Shown piece by piece: positions 11,722-24,279 of a stretch of 64,000 nt of DNA. Both the position numbers and the translations under genes were made by a program. Within the stretch, counting starts at the first letter, position 1. Each line of letters starts with the position of its first letter. The stretch is from Phoronis australis (lineage: Eukaryota; Animalia; Phoronida), in NCBI GenBank assembly GCA_002633005.1, contig NMRA01000168.1, positions 3,129-67,128 on the forward strand, in the 5' to 3' direction. A model generated the notes under the pieces. The model had not been told where the DNA came from. It searched no databases and saw only the letters and a list, made by a program, of their open reading frames with translations.

Positions 11722-14700
11722 TGTTTCTGTTTCTGTTTCTGTTTCTGTGGTGACGTCAGAGGGTAGGCACCTGAATAGTCTCTTGCCCTCCTCCTTCGAG
11801 TATCGCACGTAATGTAAACTTGGAGATGCAACCAAGTTCTTGCTGGTTACACACTTTTCGATCTTTTCCCCTTATACGAGTTTTTGCTGCATCTCCGTAT
11901 TGCCATCCTTGCTCTATGAGGCGCTTTGTTGCCCATCTCTCCTGCTGTTGTACAATATCGGCATCTGTAAGCGATTCACGCACTCTGGAGATTACATCTG
12001 CTGGTGTGAAGAGCAGGTCGGCAATCGGTTTTGCAACGCCTGCAAGCTCATCCGCCTTGATTCTGAATGAGATGCCACAGGCTCCTGGTAAAAAAAAAAC
12101 ACTGATGAAGAGACTATTTATAGAGCAGAACAGAGGGATCCAGGAATCTTTCAGCCTGCTAATGAGGCTGAGGGAGTCTGTAAGTAGAAATGATCTGTCT
12201 GCAGGTGTTGTGTTCTGTGAGAGCCAGAATAGAGCGTCTTCATATGCTTCACATTCAGCTCTAAAAGACGAGGATTTTCCAACCCGTGCTGTTGACCATT
12301 CGAAGAGGCGCTGACCCTCGCGACTCCAAGCAACTGCTGCCAAAGCCGTAGTGTCATCTCTTAGTGAGCCGTCCGTTGCAACAATGATTGTGGGAGATTG
12401 TTCTTCAAGCCATTCCGATACTCTTGCTTGGTTGATACAGTCAGCTCTTTCCCGCCAATGACGGCCTCCAATCTCCATGGTGTTGATGACAAAGTTTGTG
12501 GCTTTGGACCACTCTATGCTGTTGATGTTCTCCACTGGACATACCACTTCGACAAGCTCCCTAGCTCCGACAACCCATGATTGAACAGTTTTCAGCCTCT
12601 GTGCAGTGTGCTCATCACTATGCTCTCTCAAGTCTAAGTACAGAGGAGGAGAGTTGGTTGTAGCTGCCTTTAAAAATGCTTGGGCTGCTAGTGTCTTCTG
12701 TTTAGTACGGATGCTATTGATACCTAAATAGCATTGGAGACTGTCAACCAGAGTGGGTCTAGCTGCACTGGTTACTATCCTCATGGCCTGGTTTTGAATA
12801 CTCTGTAGTTTGGTCATTGACTGTTGAGAGGCACATAGGCACAGATGGAGCCCATACTCAGTTCTTACGCCGACAGTTGCTACACCAGGCTCTTTTGTTG
12901 GATCTGCTGGGCTGCTGCATATCTCAACAGTGACAGGCTCTTGGCACCTTTCTCAGCTAGGAATTCGATATGGGAGTTCATCGTCATTCTTCGATCCATC
13001 TTAATTCCTAGATAGGTAACTTCAGGGACTTGAGGTATCAAGGCTCCCATATATCCCAGGGTGAACATGTTTGGGTTGAAATAACCTCGTGAGTCTAACA
13101 TCCATTTCCCTTTATCTGGTTGGATGGACATCTTGTTGTCTTCGGTCCAATCGGCCACACCATCACTTGCTGATTGCAGGCCCTCCACGGCATGTCTCGG
13201 AGACTTCGCTTCATTGGCGACTATCAAGTCATCAACATAGCTGTATGGTGAAGCTCCACCTACACTTGCTGCTTGTATGAGATCTGCTGTGTAGACGTTA
13301 AAGAGTACTGAGCTGAGAGGGGACCCTTGCGGGAGGCCTGAGCTTGATTCAGAAATGCTTCCACTTGCCGAATTTGAGTTGACACCTGAGGGTATCCAGC
13401 AAGACTAGAATCCAACGGATCATCATATCGGAAACCTCCATTTGTCTGAGATTGTTGGCAAGAATACCCACATCCACTTTGTTGTAGGCGTCTTCCAGAT
13501 CGAAGAGAGCAATTGTAGTGTGTTGCGAAACCTGCATTCCCTGCTGAATTTCATGCAGTATCGCTTCAACGTTGGAGACAGTGGATCTTCTTGGTCTAGC
13601 TCCTCCAAGTCTCGGTGACAGACATCCACGTCTCTCTAAGTCATATGCTAGTCGCTGCGCTACAATTTTTTCCGTAATTTTAGCCCAGGTGTTCGCCATG
13701 GTGATGATTCTGTATCCCTTCAGTTTGCTATGGTCTTTCATCGGCTTTGGAAGAACCACCATACTGCAGTCTCTGAGGTCCTCGTCCATGGTTCCATCAA
13801 CAAGTGAACTGTTTATGATCTGAAGGAGCTGGCTCTTCTCCTCTGGGCTCATGCTCTTCGGGAGTTGAGTCTTTAATTATCGACTGTAGGGTTGCATCTA
13901 GGTTTTTAAGTGAGACTGGTTGCTCATTGTTTTGGTCATTCTCCACGATATACTGGTTCACTGTGCGTAATGCTTGCTGGACAATGTCAGGGCCATCTGG
14001 CTGCAGTTGGTTCTGGTATCTTAGAAGGAAGGCTTCGCCTTTTCCCTGGTCTGTAGCAAGCGTCTTACCATTAAGTCCCTAGATAAGCTGAGGTGCAGGT
14101 CCTGCTCCGGTTGAGATTCTTTTCATTTCCTCAGCCAGATTCCAGAATTTGCTGGTGATTGATGGGTCTCCGGGGTCAGAACTCTGGCAGAAATCATCCC
14201 AAAACATTTGTTTGTTCTTCAGTGCAACAGCCTGAAAGTTAGCAACAGCATCGTCGAAGCCCTTGCGTCGCTCACAGATTTCTTCCTTCGACACCCCTTG
14301 CCTCTTGGTTGAGGTATACTCTTTGCTCCTTTGCACCTTACTACTCTAGGCATTGTCCACTTCATCTGTCCACCATTTAGGTTTGCGCCTTGGATTATTG
14401 GTTTTGTGCTTAGCTCTGGCCTCCTACAGCGTTTTAGGCACCTGCTGAATGACTGATTTCCCCTTGTCTTGTATTTGAACCCGGGAGGGTTCTTTGAGGG
14501 GGCTGGGTCCCTTGCTTGATTAATTTGAATATGAGCTGGTCTGTGATCACTGCCCATGAGGGGAAGAAGCTTCCAGTCAAGTTCAAGGACTACCTTAGGA
14601 GTGGCTAGAGTCAAGTCAACACATGAATCAGAATCTCCATCTCATTCTGCAACTCTGGTAGGTGAATCGTAGTTTAGGATGATGCAGTCCAGATTGGATA

Positions 14701-16045
14701 AATCTTTCTCCAAGGACTTGCCATTAATATTGGTGGTGGTATCTTTCCATAACGGACTACGTGCGTTGAAGTCCCACGAGATTATAACTTTGGGTTCCAT
14801 ACCAAGGATGGGCTTCAACAGCTTAATCCACATCTCTTCTGTAGTCATACAATCACATGGAACGTAGAGATTTACCAGAATGTAGGCTCTTTTGTCTATG
14901 TGCAATTTGATAGCTAGACCTTCTGCTGTTCCTGGGTACATGTATGGTGGGACTTTCAGTTGGCTACAATCTGTGGCAGCATCGGCCAGTGTAAGAAGAC
15001 CCTTCTTTGCTCTTCCACTCTCCTTGGATGGTTCAAAGAAGACTTTGATGTCTAGTGGGTAGGAGGGTTTTTGTTGCAATTTAATCTCCTGAATCATGAC
15101 GATGTTGTTTTCAGCCTGCAGTTTATCGATGGTTTCCCTCCGCTATTTGTGGCTTCGTGCATTCCATGAAACAATCCTAGTGGCTTTTTGTTTCATTCTC
15201 TCCCTTTTCTCTAATCTATGTTTCTTTCCTACTCTTCTACCTCTAAAGCCCTTACGCTTCGCTCTAATGGTGTTCTCGTGTTTGTGTTGTGCGATCTGGA
15301 ATCCAGTCGCTGCGTATTTATTACCGCGCTGTCCTGATAACGTAAGCCGCTAGTTTAACGTCCTAAATAACACTGATGGCTCAGGCGTGGTTACAGACGG
15401 GCCGGAGAGGATCCTTACTGACCAGGGGCTGCCTGATTTAGAGCGGGCGAAACCTCCCAATGAAACTAAATAGTCTCTCACACTGCCACTCGTGACGCAT
15501 GGCCCTCTCGGTTTACGGCCATAAAGAGAGGTTATAACCCGATCGCCGAAAGCCGCTACTTCTCTGTGCATTTCTGCCGGGCGGGCAGCTCACGCCCTTT
15601 TAAAAATTGTCAGCTAGCCGGTGGGAGTGTGACTCCTCCTACGCCCTTCGCCGTTGAAATATGATATGCAAGTTCCTTCCGCCGTTGATTACTGACATCC
15701 AACACTATTTAATCCATAGCTGGGGGTTTGAATGGTGAGTGCCACACGCCGGTGGGTCATGCACACTGCCCCTTTAGGTCTCCAACCTGCTCCAAGATCC
15801 CCTATGCAATTAGCCTGGAGTCGCAAGGGTATCCAGTTTATGTGTGTTACCACGGAGAGGTAAAACATAGAAGTCTTGGTGAGGGAGAGGCTGTGTACTG
15901 GCAGGGAAGACTGATGCACTCGACTTCCTCTTCGCTTGTGCTAGCCAACGGCACTTTACGGAGTGCAAGGTGCACAAAAGCAGATATACAAACGAAAGTG
16001 CACTAGACGCGTCCCATAACTCTATGCTTTACAACACCAACACAT
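11722..16045 (-). mobile_element. Full-length, decayed non-LTR retrotransposon with APE-RT-RNase H (I-group, Ingi-like)
   Basis: 10-bp TSD ttcttcaatc (11712-11721, 16046-16055) and 3' (ACAGAA)n tail. APE: RIVSWNARS, IQE, DFNA, SDH. RT: KPMKD..YRIIT, FDLEDAY, GLPQGSPLS, YVDD. RNase H: ATDGS, RAECEA, LTDSLS. No ORF1/gag seen. The uninterrupted host repeat is at ~48990-49660(-). Confidence 0.92.
15792..16045 (-). ncRNA. HDV-like self-cleaving ribozyme fold at the LINE 5' end
   Basis: P1 AUGUGUU (16045-16039) pairs with AACACAC (15848-15842). P3 ACC/GGU encloses L3 UCUCCGU. P4 is CUGGA/UCCAG, J4/2 is GCUAA and P2 is CUAUG/CAUAG. Confidence 0.65.
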
Positions 16046-16707
16046 TTCTTCAATCAACTGTTGTTCTTTCACGGGGTTGCGTTCACGTCACAACAAATTA
16101 TCGGAACTGGTTTCACTTCATTATAAGTTTTTAGAATTTCGATACTGTAAAACCGAATTTCGGAAGAAATTTTGCTGCTGCCAAACTATCATCATCTACC
16201 GAGAGATGTCACAAAAATTTAGGAAATGGCGCGTGCACGTCTCACAAGCGTATTGTTTTCAAAACGACGACATAACTTTTCTTTGTTAGAAAAGCCGAGG
16301 ATTACGCAAGAAAATGACGTTCATTCGATTGTTTTTCACTTAAACGGCTGTAACGGGCACGGTGAGTATCCTTTGATTCAAAGAATTTGCATGCACCTCG
16401 TCCGGTCTTTAGTTCTAGATGTTTATAGGGGTTTCACAGCGAGTTGACGAGCAGAACTACCCTGTCTGTGTGCAATTTCAGGGTCTATGGAAGAAAAACA
16501 CAGTGGTACCTAGCTGTATTTGGACTTTTGTCTTCATACAGCTAGCCGGCTGGCTACCCTCGTGGTAGTATTAGTAGTAGAAGAAGAAGTACAGTAGTAT
16601 AGCGAAGGCGGCGGTGGTGGCCGCGTAACGTAATCGAAAGAGACGGAAAGGTCCAGTATGTTTTGGCGAACGTGTTTTGTTAACATTCTCTATTTCTTGT
16701 CCCTCAG

Positions 16708-16810
16708 GCATCTTTCTTCGGATTGAAGTTTCCTGTCTGGATGGGTCTACGTAGTTCCCAACAAAACGGATCATGGGAAACACCATTGCAAGACACCGTA
16801 ACGTACACCA
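16708..16810 (+). CDS. Lectin exon 3 (CTLD1 middle: ASFFGLKFPVWMGLRSSQQNGSWETPLQDTVTYT)
   Basis: Acceptor ccctcag| and donor |gtatga. WMGL corresponds to the WIGL motif. Paralogous to exon 6. Not in the ORF track. Confidence 0.9.
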
Positions 16811-19800
16811 GTATGATTAAATAGTTAGAAGTATCGCTTGAAATCACTTTGAGGATGTGCTGCTAAAACTGTGTAATTCGTTGTCTGGATAGAACTCAGT
16901 AATGCAAGGACCTCGCTAATTAAAAGCAAGACTTCGGGATTGCGTGAGATATTGCTATGTATTTTAAATGTGAGCACGTGATTTTGAATAGATTTTAGCG
17001 AGGTCCTAGCGTAGGTCCTAGTGTTACCAGTGGCCATGCCCCCCTAAAATTCTTCCAGATTGAATTTGGTAATTAGGGGTGTAAGTGTCTGACGGGCAAA
17101 TTCCTGGTTAATACTCTGCCCCGCCCCCCAACTCAAAATCCTCGATCTGCCCCTGGACAAGGTTTTGCAGCACTAGCTGGAGCATAGAAAAGACATTACG
17201 TAGTACATTGAGTACGTGGGGCCAAAGTTAATAAAGTGATAAACTCGAACCAATCTTCAGTCTATCGTCGCACCGAAAGCTACTAAACACCGGTCAGCGA
17301 TAACCTGTGTCCGTCCGTCCAAGGAGTAAACCGCGTGTTCATTGTAAAATTTGCAAACAGATGCGTACGGACTAAGTACGTTTTATGAATAAAACGGATA
17401 AAAAGAGGAATATAGACGGCACACCCATATTAAAACCGCAATTTCTTGTTTTCTCTTTTCATTATTTTATTCATATCACGACTACAGTGCAATGAACGTA
17501 AGTTTTTCATAAGCTCATTCGTTCACACATTCCGATGAGAAAACCAACTAGACCAGTTTCCTATCTTAAAAGTTCAGTGCACTTCAGACCAGACAAAAAG
17601 CTGTAAGTGGGTGATATACCCTATGTCACGGATTTGGGTCGTACTATGCGTTGCAGTTTACTTGCTTATGATATATTACTAAAATGTAGTTTAATACAAT
17701 TCCTACTCTGATAAATGGTTTAAAAGTCGGGCATTCAGTTTTCGCTCAAAATCAGTGTCAAATTTTAACATAAAATCTCGTTTTTGTTGTATTGTAAAAA
17801 TTATAGAAGCTGCTGGACAGTGAAATAGTTTGTGTTATGGATTAACTCATCCATGGTCTCAGTAATAATAATAAATAGAAATTGGAAATATTGCCTGAAA
17901 TTTCTGATTATAATTAATGGGGTCAAAAAAGCAAAAACACAGAAAGCTGACAACAATTCTTTACCCAGCACTGTGAACAACAATTTCTGGGAATACCATT
18001 TCAAGCATTTTTTCATGACGATTCTTAGAAAGAACGCAAACTGAAACGCGACTATTGTAATATCAGTTGAATTGAATGAAATCAACCTTGTGTAGTACAA
18101 GAGAACGTTTGTGTACATGTGTATTTATCGGATATCGATTCTTTACCCTGCATTGAGAATAACAACTCCGAGGCAAAGTTTTCAAGCATTTTTTCTTGAC
18201 GACTGTTGTGATGTCGGTTGAATTAAATGTAACCAACCTTGCATGTATTTATCTGATAAGGATTCTTTACTCTGCATTGAGAACAACAATGTCGAGGCAT
18301 AGTTTTCCATGCATTTTTTTCATGACGACATTTAATACTTCGTTAGAATAGGAAGAACGAATAGAGTAATGCAACTGAGAAAAACTTGTTAAGAATCAGA
18401 CAATAAATAACATGTGGAACTCCAGTGGCTCGAAAACGAGGCAGCAAATGTGCCTGACGAATGTTTACGGCATTTTGGGTAAATACAGCGAGATTCGGGT
18501 GTCAATGTGTAATCCGGGACGGCCCTATTGCCATTAATCTCAAGTATATAGTACTAACTGTACGTTTTTAATTCTACTAGCTATGTGTGCTTCGACCGTA
18601 CAGTTAATAGCAGAAAGTGATCTAGAAACAATCTTAATCAACTTCAGCACGTGCATTATACTCAAGTAAATAACTCCGGCATAAATCCTGAAGGTTACTG
18701 GAGTGATAAGCCTACACTGACTTATTCAGTTCTGACAGTGGCGTTATTTTGAATTCGGGAGACGATTTGCGTGCGATAAAATATTGAGAGAGAGATTTTA
18801 TAGCTTACTTCTCCCCGAGCCAGTTCTAAATGTCATCTTGTCTTTTACGCTGTCATTTTCCTCCGCGATAATTCTACGTTTCAAACACTCACTGACTCAT
18901 TGCTACGCGAGGCTACCTAATTTTATAAGCACCTCCTCGTGATGGTCACGTGACACAACAACTCATTTCTCTGACTCCGACAAGTGTGCAAAAAAGCCCA
19001 TTAATTGGTCCAGTTTCATAAAGTTAACGTAAGCAGTGAGGGGTTTAGAGGGAAGGGGTCAAAGGGGTCATGCCCCCCCTAAAATTCTCCCAGATTCCAT
19101 TTGGCAGCTCGGGGTGCGAATGTGTGCCGTGCCCCCACCCCAACTCAAAATCCTGGATCCGCCCCTGGTTACCAACGCCGTATAATTTCAATGGACTAAA
19201 TCTGTGCTTTTCCGCACAACGTTACGTCATTGTTCACTATCTTCACTAGCGACACCTGGCCCAATTATCTGGTATTATTTCCGGCAAGTACGTCGTCTGC
19301 TTATCTTGGTCGGCTGTTGTGTGGTCGGGTGGTAGTAACATTGGTAAAAGTACTCACGATATCAACAGATTTTGAACAGCGTTTCAATACCGAAATTATT
19401 TATTTGCTTTCGTTGTACTGGACAGTAAAATAGATGAGAGAATTTCCCGTCGCAATACTATAACCGGAAAATGAACCAGATGATTGAGGAAAGTGGCGCC
19501 GCCGCTTGCATAGTAAGGAAGAATATGTCGGAGTTGCGAATCTGTTGCCTATAATCCATGATGTTACTGAGCTCAACCCTGGTCTTTAGATTTTAACTCT
19601 TTCACCATTTTGTTGGCACTGAAAAACTATCGCTGGAATCATGCTCGGTTTTATTTTACTTCTTTTCACTTCTTTTTAAGAAAATTCTATACAATGACGA
19701 ATAAAATCGTCTGCCCTCAGATACTCAGAGAGTTTAACATAATAACGTCATATAATAAGCAGTGAGCCGAATGCCAGCCAAATAAGCCAAGTTAATGCTC

Positions 19801-19936
19801 GTTCAGCACGATGTGAAAATGTAAATGGCGCAGTGAATAAATACTTTTGAAGGGATTGATTTCCGTGAAGTAATAATGGCAGCATCGTTTTTGCAGATAA
19901 ATGTCTTCATGGGATCGTAATTTGAACGTGTATATG

Positions 19937-22900
19937 TAGATTATTTCATGGCGAAATTGTTATCCCCCGTATACTAGAGTCCGAGTGGATTTTGGAGAAT
20001 TATTGCCCGAGGGGCGTTAACCCCTCTGGCGATAATTCTCCAAAATCGACGAGGGCTCTAGATAAGGGGGATAACGACTGAGAACATGTAATAATCTATT
20101 TTTATACCACAATATTAGCGTCAAACGGCAGATACAACCGTGTAATAACCCAGAAAGTTATCTCACTAGTGAGATAACGATTTGGCGGGAAACCGAGGAC
20201 GGGGTCGAACCCGGGACCCTAACATTGCTAGTCGCCGACTTTACCACTACACCACGCAGCGACTGACGTCTTCAAGAGTGAAAATAGAATACTTAAATGA
20301 GCACACGCAATAATCGCACGTTCAACAAACCACATTGTACTGTACTTATACGCTACAAAAAATAAGACACATAATTTCCATAAAAATGATATCTTAATTC
20401 GGTGAAATTTTTCTCTCATGTCCTCTTACTTGTAAATCACCGATCTCCAGTTTGAATGCGGGTATCGTCTCGTCAGGATCTTTGACTTGAGAATTATATT
20501 CAGTTACCAGTGGTAACCTACGTTAGCAGACGATAATTTCCCGGTCGAAGCTTAGCGTGAAAAAAACGTGTTTTAAGCTATAATAGTTGGTAAACCTTAA
20601 TTTATAAATTCAATTTATTTCTATAATATTTAAGTTTTCAATTGGTTTTGAGTAAAAGCATTATTTGACAAAAATAGCCGGGCTTTTCTTAAAAGGTCAC
20701 GACCTCCGACCCCGGGCCTCTGACATAGAAAGTGGTTACAAAGCCGTGGAGAGTCAGAAAAGGTAAATCGATTCATTGCAATGTTTCTCGTTTAGTATGT
20801 GGTATTAATAGATTATTACATGTTCTCAGCCGTTATCCCCCTTATCTAGAGCCCTCGTGGATTTTGGAGAATTATCACCCTCGGGGCTAACGCCCCTCGG
20901 GCGATAATTTTCCAAAATCCACTCGGGCTCTAGATAACGGGGGATAACGACTTCGCCATGTAATTATCTATATATACCACATACTGAACGAGAAAAATTT
21001 CAATGAATCGATGTACCGTTCTCGACTCGCCTCGGTTTTGTAGCTACTTTCTATGTCCGGCAGAGGCCGAGGGTCGAGGTCGTGACCTTTTAAGAAAAGC
21101 CGAGATACATGTATTTTGTCAAAAAAATGTTTTGTTCAAAATCAGTTGAAAGTTTAAACAAAATAGAAATAAAGTGAATGTACAAAATTAAGTTTTAGCA
21201 CCTAGTGTAGCTTACTACACATTTTATCACGCTAAGCTTCGACCATGAGAATATCGTCTGCTAAAGTAGTTAGTGTTAGTGAGTCTAGACCTAATTCACG
21301 CCGACAGGAGGCGGGTTCCAAAACGAGGCTCGCTACGATAGCTCTGTTGGTTTATCGGCATAGTTGTATTCCGCGTTGCTCGATCTACTGACACCCAACT
21401 GTATGTTTTACAATCCCTAAGGACGTTGATATTCGAAAGCGTTGGGTCGTTGCCATACACCGCGACGAAGTAAAATATGTCCGTGTAAAACTTTTAAATG
21501 TTTTTGAAAAGTTGGATCATATTTTGTCGCATTTCGGTTGCCGTGCATCATAGCAACCATTGGAGACTTTTCGGCCAGTCAGGTTGTGTTCTCATGACTA
21601 CAGTTTGAAACATGGTGCATTTATCTTTTCAAAAAGGACAGGGCCCTCAATCTCTCAATTTTGGGGCAGAATATCGGCCTTATTACCTTCTCAAAATATT
21701 GAAAAATCATACAAAATTCCCCTAACGAGGCCTAAAAATTCCCCTAGTGATTGAAAGTTTCTCTCGGAAGTTCAAATCACACAGGTGACAATTTGAACGA
21801 CCACAAAACGCTACTTGAAACAGAGCCTATGAGAGCTTGCAACAGAGCGGGGGTGCTATTGATGGTGATCGGGAGGCAGATTTTTCCCCTCACTCGGCAA
21901 AAAAATCCCCTCTGCAGAAGGCACAGGAACCTTTCCCTCGGATGGACGAGACCACTGAAGAAACATGATAACTGTGCTTGCTCTGTCCAGTTAACTGAAA
22001 TGGAGCTCTAAAGCGATGTTATGCTTTGTACGAACGAATTAGGTGTTTTAATTTTAGAATTCAACTTGTTCCAGATTGATATTTGAAGCCTAACACAGTG
22101 AAATAGATGTGAGTATTATTAAAAGCAAGAAAGAAGAATTTATGGTCAAATAATTTATTATTTTCAATTAGGAGCCTGGTTTTATATTTGAATAAAAATA
22201 TTTTTGATAACATCAATTATTCTTTCAGATCAATGAAAAAATACTTGTTAGTCCCGGTAGTCCCTACTTCACCAGGACCTAGACTATGCTTGATGTTAAT
22301 ATTCTTGATCAACAAATTAAATCTGATGTGACTACTTGCACATGATAGTAAAATGCGATGAGCCACCACTGTCGAATATATCTTCAACTCGTCAACAATA
22401 GGAGCAGATGACCTGGTTTGTGTAGCAAGCATTTTTATCAAACATTTACAAGAAGATACTTAACCCTGCATTCAGCATAATACCTAATCCGTAACACTAG
22501 GATCGCCGCAATTTCGTCATAGTTACTTTTCATGTTTCGAACCTAGTTTCGGAGAAAGTTATACCCTTTCGTCACACAAATCTTTGGTGCATTGACTTGT
22601 TCTCTAATGTATTTTTCTACGTCTCTGTGGTTAATTATCGACACATTTTTAAGATCTAATATCCAGGTTGTACTCGAAAGACCGGCCATTTAACTCACCC
22701 AATGTCAACTTCCGCTTTATATTTCGCAGTGAGCCTCGTTTTGGATTTCAGTGTACGCCGAGTGAATTAGGTCCATAATGCCCAAGTCAAAAGATTCCGA
22801 TGACACGATACCGGCATTCAAATTGGAGATCGATGATTGACATGTGAGAAAAATGAGAGATAAATTTCACTGAATTAAAATATTGTTTTTATTGAAATTA

Positions 22901-23640
22901 TGCCTCTTATTTTTCATAGCTCATATGTGTTATACAGCGTGCGTATTTGTACCAGTGGCTATTATATCGAGATTCTTGATATTCAAAAATATTTGAAAGA
23001 GAGCGAGTACTTTTGCATATCACTAGTGGAGTTATAATTACACACTGGTAAAAACACGTACGTTGTATACCATATTTATCCTATACGCCCCGCTGAGGAT
23101 TCTTTGAAGAAGCGGGTTTACACAGATTGCTCCGCTTGCTTTTCTGTCGTTTGTCATCTTTTATCAATGATGATCACAGATCACGTGTACGCAATATTTT
23201 TGTGAATGTATTTTTGCAGCCAGCGTAGTTTTTCCATACCAAACAACACAATACAACCCGTGTTTCATGGCCATACTATAACGCGTGTAGGATAAATACA
23301 CAAAACGTTCCGAGCGTGGCGTACATGAAATAATATCCCACGAGACATTGTTCCTCGTATCGACCGAAGTTACGATTGAGGCCTGGTTGCATGTTGAATG
23401 GTATTTACACTGCTACAATTGTATTACTTTAAGATATTTTCTGAAAGTTTGATGATCTAACCGGCTAACAGATTCAACACGTATGGGATAAATGTCGGTA
23501 CATTGCCGTTTCTTGCAAATATTGCGCGTGCTCATTTAAGGATTCTCTTTTCACGTTCTTCGTCAGCTGCTGGGTGGTGCAGTGGTAAAGTCGATGACTC
23601 GAAAATCTTGCCGAGCGGGTTGGAAACCGGCCTCGGTATC
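19937..23640. mobile_element. Two head-to-head copies of a hairpin-bounded non-autonomous element carrying a tRNA-like segment
   Basis: ~160-bp palindromes at 19937-20100 and 20810-20970. Body (-) at 20100-20810 and body (+) at 20970-23640 (interrupted). A third copy lies at 44354-45188. Confidence 0.7.
21288..22773 (+). mobile_element. THAP-bearing DNA transposon relic, TA-flanked, GACCTAATTCAC TIRs
   Basis: TIRs gacctaattcac..tccaaaacgaggctc. THAP relic CIPRC...IPKDVDIRKRWVVAIHRD...VRLCSH. The empty site is visible at ~44790 (gactataatg). Confidence 0.7.
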
Positions 23641-24153
23641 GGGTTGAATAACTAAATGGGTTCTTTAGAGGTTGTATTGGCCATTATAGGGTGACATTTT
23701 GGTATAAGAGACAATAGTTAATTATGGAATATGAGTGTTATTTGTATGACGCTAAATATTATGCTTTCAATGCAAAATTTCTGCCCTGTTTGGATTTAGG
23801 GTTGGTTTACTGACTACGTAAACGGTAAACCAGCTGTATGGCGCATTGGCTAGCAACTGTGATGCAGGTTTGCATTCACATAGGCGCTTATACATTTCAT
23901 GGTTCTTTAAAAACACGTGCGACGTCGGAATTCAGAAGACATGAACAGGCTTAAAACACTCGCTGGTGGCATAGTTGTATAGTAGTGGTTTGTGATTAAG
24001 AAGATCCCGAGATCGAATAGCGATGAGATCTGCATTGTGAATATTACAGCGGTCAATATGAAAACATGGGCGGTCAATGTGGAGAATTGTGAGCTAATAA
24101 CTTCATAAACTGTTCAGATCATGTAACAATCGCAATTATTCTTGGTTTTATAG

Positions 24154-24279
24154 ACTGGAATGAAGGAGATCCAAATCACAATGAGACCGATGAGCAATGT
24201 GGCTGTTTGAAAACAGATGGAACTTGGGAAAGCAAATCTTGCATCTCCGACCAAAAGAGTTATGTTTGTAAATTCAGAA
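24154..24279 (+). CDS. Lectin exon 4 (CTLD1 C-part: WNEGDPNHNETDEQCGCLKTDGTWESKSCISDQKSYVCKFR)
   Basis: Acceptor ttttatag| and donor |gtaaga. Has the W..G.P...C...W...C...YVC pattern. Confidence 0.9.

Noticed and set aside
22540-22576. Hammerhead-like motif (-): GUGACGA...GAAACUAGGUU
   Set aside because: The core C and the cleavage triplet deviate and stem II is poor. At best a dead relic.
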